A DNA stretch of 64,000 nucleotides from Thermanaeromonas sp. (lineage in GTDB: Bacteria; Bacillota; DSM-521; Neomoorellales; Neomoorellaceae). Made by a program: the position numbers and the translations under genes. The notes beneath the pieces were generated by a model. The model was not told the origin of the DNA and did no database searches. It worked only from the letters and a program-made list of their open reading frames with translations. How positions within the stretch are numbered: the first letter of the stretch is position 1; each line of letters starts with the position of its first letter. Of the stretch, positions 61,577-64,000 are shown piece by piece. The DNA lies in contig NZ_JAKKUR010000004.1 of NCBI RefSeq assembly GCF_021890735.1, positions 402-64,401 of the forward strand. The letters run 5' to 3'.

Positions 61577-61901
61577 TATGAACCAGAGAGTGAGAGAACT
61601 CTTTGGGCTAGCCCTCCGCGCCCGTAAGTTAGCCTGGGGAGCCAGGGCTGTAAAAGCTGCGTTAAGTAAAGGAGAAGTCCATTTCGTGTGGATAGCCCGG
61701 GATGCTAGCCCGCGCTTGAAGGAAGACTTACTACGGGCCTGCCGGAGAGCTGGCATTGAAGTAGCGATAGGGGGTACTAAAGAGGAACTGGGCGAGGCTT
61801 TAGGTAAAGAACCGTGCGCTGTGATAGGTTTAAGGGATGGTGGTTTTGCTGACTTAATACAGCAAGCCCTGAAGGGGGTTGATGGTAAATTATTGAGATA
61901 G
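61566..61901 (+). CDS. ylxQ: L7Ae-family protein YlxQ
   Basis: [12 protein letters not shown]...IARDAS...ELGEALGK; synteny. Confidence 0.85.
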   Translation: MNPDMNQRVRELFGLALRARKLAWGARAVKAALSKGEVHFVWIARDASPRLKEDLLRACRRAGIEVAIGGTKEELGEALGKEPCAVIGLRDGGFADLIQQALKGVDGKLLR

Positions 61902-61914
61902 CGGGGGTGAAAAG

Positions 61915-64000
61915 ATGGCTAAAACCAGGGTGTTTGAATTAGCCAAGGAATTACGGGTTTCCCATAAGGAACTCATGGATACTATGGCCAGCCTTGGTAT
62001 TTATACCCGGTCGCATATGAGCGTATTAGAGAATGGAGAGGTAATAAAGATACGGAATTATTATAGACGTTTACGGCGGGCCGCAAAGGCTGCAGCACAA
62101 GCCGCAACCCAAGGAGTTACGGAGACAGGAGGTGTGGAGCAGCAGGCCGTGGCGCAACCCACCCCGTCTGGAGCGCCTGCTCCAGAGGAGGGTAAAGGTG
62201 AAGCGCCGACCCGGGTACCACAGGAGAGGATTGAAGAACCTGTCATCAAGGCAGAAGCAGCTTTAGAGGAGAAGCCGGTGGCACCTTCAGAAAAAATAGA
62301 GGGAGCCAGCGAGGGAACCAAAGTTTCGCCTTCTCCTCGAGTAGAAAAAGGAGAAAGGGCAGAGAGAAGGGAAAAGTTTCGTCCGCGTGGGCGAGAGCGC
62401 CGTGAGAGGGACCATAAGGGCAAATTGGCGTCTCTGGACACTACTAAGCCTTCACGTAAGCGGGCGGAGAGCAAGCCATTGCGTATTCCTAAGCCCCCGG
62501 AGTTGGGTGCCAAGGAAACACAGGAGAAAAAGCGCGAGCGTCCGGGTAAGATCGAAGCTAAAGCCCGGGAAAGGACGCGGGATAGATTTTTAGAGGAAGA
62601 ACGTGAAGAAGAACGGTTGCTCTGGCGGGAAAAACCGCGGCCTAAGGCTAAGGAACAACCGGAGCCTCCTAAAGTGGTCCCACATGTTGTGCTAACCGGG
62701 CCTTTGACTGTACAGGAGCTAGCCAAAAAGTTAAATAAGACCGTGGCCGAGGTAATTAAGAAGCTTATGAGCCTCGGGGTAATGGCTACCATAAACCAAG
62801 AGCTAGATGTGGATACCGCGGCCATCGCGGCTCAAGAGCTGGGCGCCGAAGTGGAGATTAAGATAGAAAGACCTATAACAGAGCTTCCAGATGTTCCCGA
62901 TGATCCTGCTACCCTCAAGCCGCGACCGCCTGTAGTGACGGTCATGGGTCACGTAGACCACGGGAAAACTTCGCTTTTAGATGCCATCCGCCATACTAAC
63001 GTGACGGCAACGGAAGCAGGAGGAATTACGCAGCATATAGGAGCTTATCAAGTTGCTGTCGATGGACGGAAGATAACTTTTCTGGATACACCGGGGCATG
63101 AAGCTTTTACAGCTATGCGGGCACGGGGGGCTCAGGTAACAGATATAGCTATATTGGTGGTAGCTGCTGATGATGGAGTAATGCCCCAGACGGTGGAGGC
63201 CATAAACCACGCTAAAGCAGCCAACGTGCCCATTATTGTAGCAATCAATAAAATAGATAAGCCCGATGCTAATCCGGAAAGGGTCAAGCAGCAGCTGACC
63301 GAATACGAACTTGTGCCCGAAGAATGGGGCGGGGACACCATTATGGTACCCGTTTCAGCTTTAAAGAAGCAGGGCATAGACCAGCTTCTGGAAATGATAC
63401 TTTTAGTGGCCGATCTACAGGAACTCAAAGCCAATCCAGACAGGCCTGCCCGGGGAGTTGTTATAGAGGCTAAACTGGACCGAGGGCGTGGGCCGGTAGC
63501 TACGGTACTGGTGCAGAAAGGTACCTTAAGGGTAGGAGATGTTCTCGTAGCCGGTAGCGTTTACGGCCGTGTCCGGGCCATGATCGATGATCGTGGTAAC
63601 CGGGTACAGGAAGCTCCGCCTTCCACACCGGTAGAGATCTTGGGTCTTAATGACGTGCCCGAAGCTGGAGATATATTCCAGGTGGTGGAAGACGAAAAGC
63701 TGGCTCGTCAGGTGGCAGAGGAGCGCCTAATGGAGAAAAGGCAGAAGGAGCTCCAAGCTACTGCTAAGACCTCCCTGGACGAGATCTTTAAACAAATGGA
63801 AGCCGGACAGCTCAAGGAGCTTAAGATTATTCTTAAGGCTGATGTACAGGGATCTGTTGAAGCTTTAAGGTATAGCCTGGAGCGGATTTCTACCGAGGAA
63901 GTCAAGGTTAATATCATTCATAGCGGAGTAGGAGCCATTACTGAGACGGATGTCATGCTGGCAGCTGCCTCCAAGGCTATAATCATAGGTTTTCAAGTAA
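61915..64000 (+). CDS. infB: Translation initiation factor IF-2 (3'-partial; not in the ORF track because it has no stop in the window)
   Basis: [13 protein letters not shown] start after GGGGGTG; [39 protein letters not shown]. Confidence 0.97.
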   Translation, partial: MAKTRVFELAKELRVSHKELMDTMASLGIYTRSHMSVLENGEVIKIRNYYRRLRRAAKAAAQAATQGVTETGGVEQQAVAQPTPSGAPAPEEGKGEAPTRVPQERIEEPVIKAEAALEEKPVAPSEKIEGASEGTKVSPSPRVEKGERAERREKFRPRGRERRERDHKGKLASLDTTKPSRKRAESKPLRIPKPPELGAKETQEKKRERPGKIEAKARERTRDRFLEEEREEERLLWREKPRPKAKEQPEPPKVVPHVVLTGPLTVQELAKKLNKTVAEVIKKLMSLGVMATINQELDVDTAAIAAQELGAEVEIKIERPITELPDVPDDPATLKPRPPVVTVMGHVDHGKTSLLDAIRHTNVTATEAGGITQHIGAYQVAVDGRKITFLDTPGHEAFTAMRARGAQVTDIAILVVAADDGVMPQTVEAINHAKAANVPIIVAINKIDKPDANPERVKQQLTEYELVPEEWGGDTIMVPVSALKKQGIDQLLEMILLVADLQELKANPDRPARGVVIEAKLDRGRGPVATVLVQKGTLRVGDVLVAGSVYGRVRAMIDDRGNRVQEAPPSTPVEILGLNDVPEAGDIFQVVEDEKLARQVAEERLMEKRQKELQATAKTSLDEIFKQMEAGQLKELKIILKADVQGSVEALRYSLERISTEEVKVNIIHSGVGAITETDVMLAAASKAIIIGFQV

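Noticed and set aside
62050-62680. Low-complexity charged stretch resembling an insertion or repeat
   Set aside because: It is the variable N-terminal linker of IF-2 and is in frame

Overview
Core chromosomal region of a spore-forming Clostridia-type Firmicute. A thermophilic Moorella/Thermanaeromonas-like lineage is my inference from gene content, not something the sequence proves. The backbone is the conserved scaffold ylxM-ffh-rpsP-khpA-rimM-trmD-rplS-lepB-rbgA-rnhB ... yraN ... comM ... dprA-topA-trmFO-xerC-hslVU-codY-rpsB-tsf-pyrH-frr-uppS-cdsA-ytvI-dxr-rseP-ispG-proS-polC ... rimP-nusA-ylxR-ylxQ-infB (infB is cut off by the window end). Several blocks interrupt it: an alpha-ribazole salvage pair (cblT/cblS-like); an orphan DegU-like regulator; an 11-subunit complex I-like operon with no NuoEFG; a hydantoinase-A-like ATPase paired with an HDAC-family amidohydrolase; an icd, metallophosphoesterase, DUF2148-like and beta-CASP group; murJ-murT-gatD; and a liv ABC transporter. 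I saw no rRNA, tRNA, CRISPR array or mobile element. The best leads are: the hydantoinase-A/HDAC operon lacking a B subunit; a PolC lacking its exonuclease domain; six sigmaH-like promoters, including ones ahead of the natural-transformation genes; an RbgA missing conserved motifs; two small ORFs absent from the ORF track; and several possible non-canonical translation starts. All product calls come from motif recognition and synteny, with no database search.
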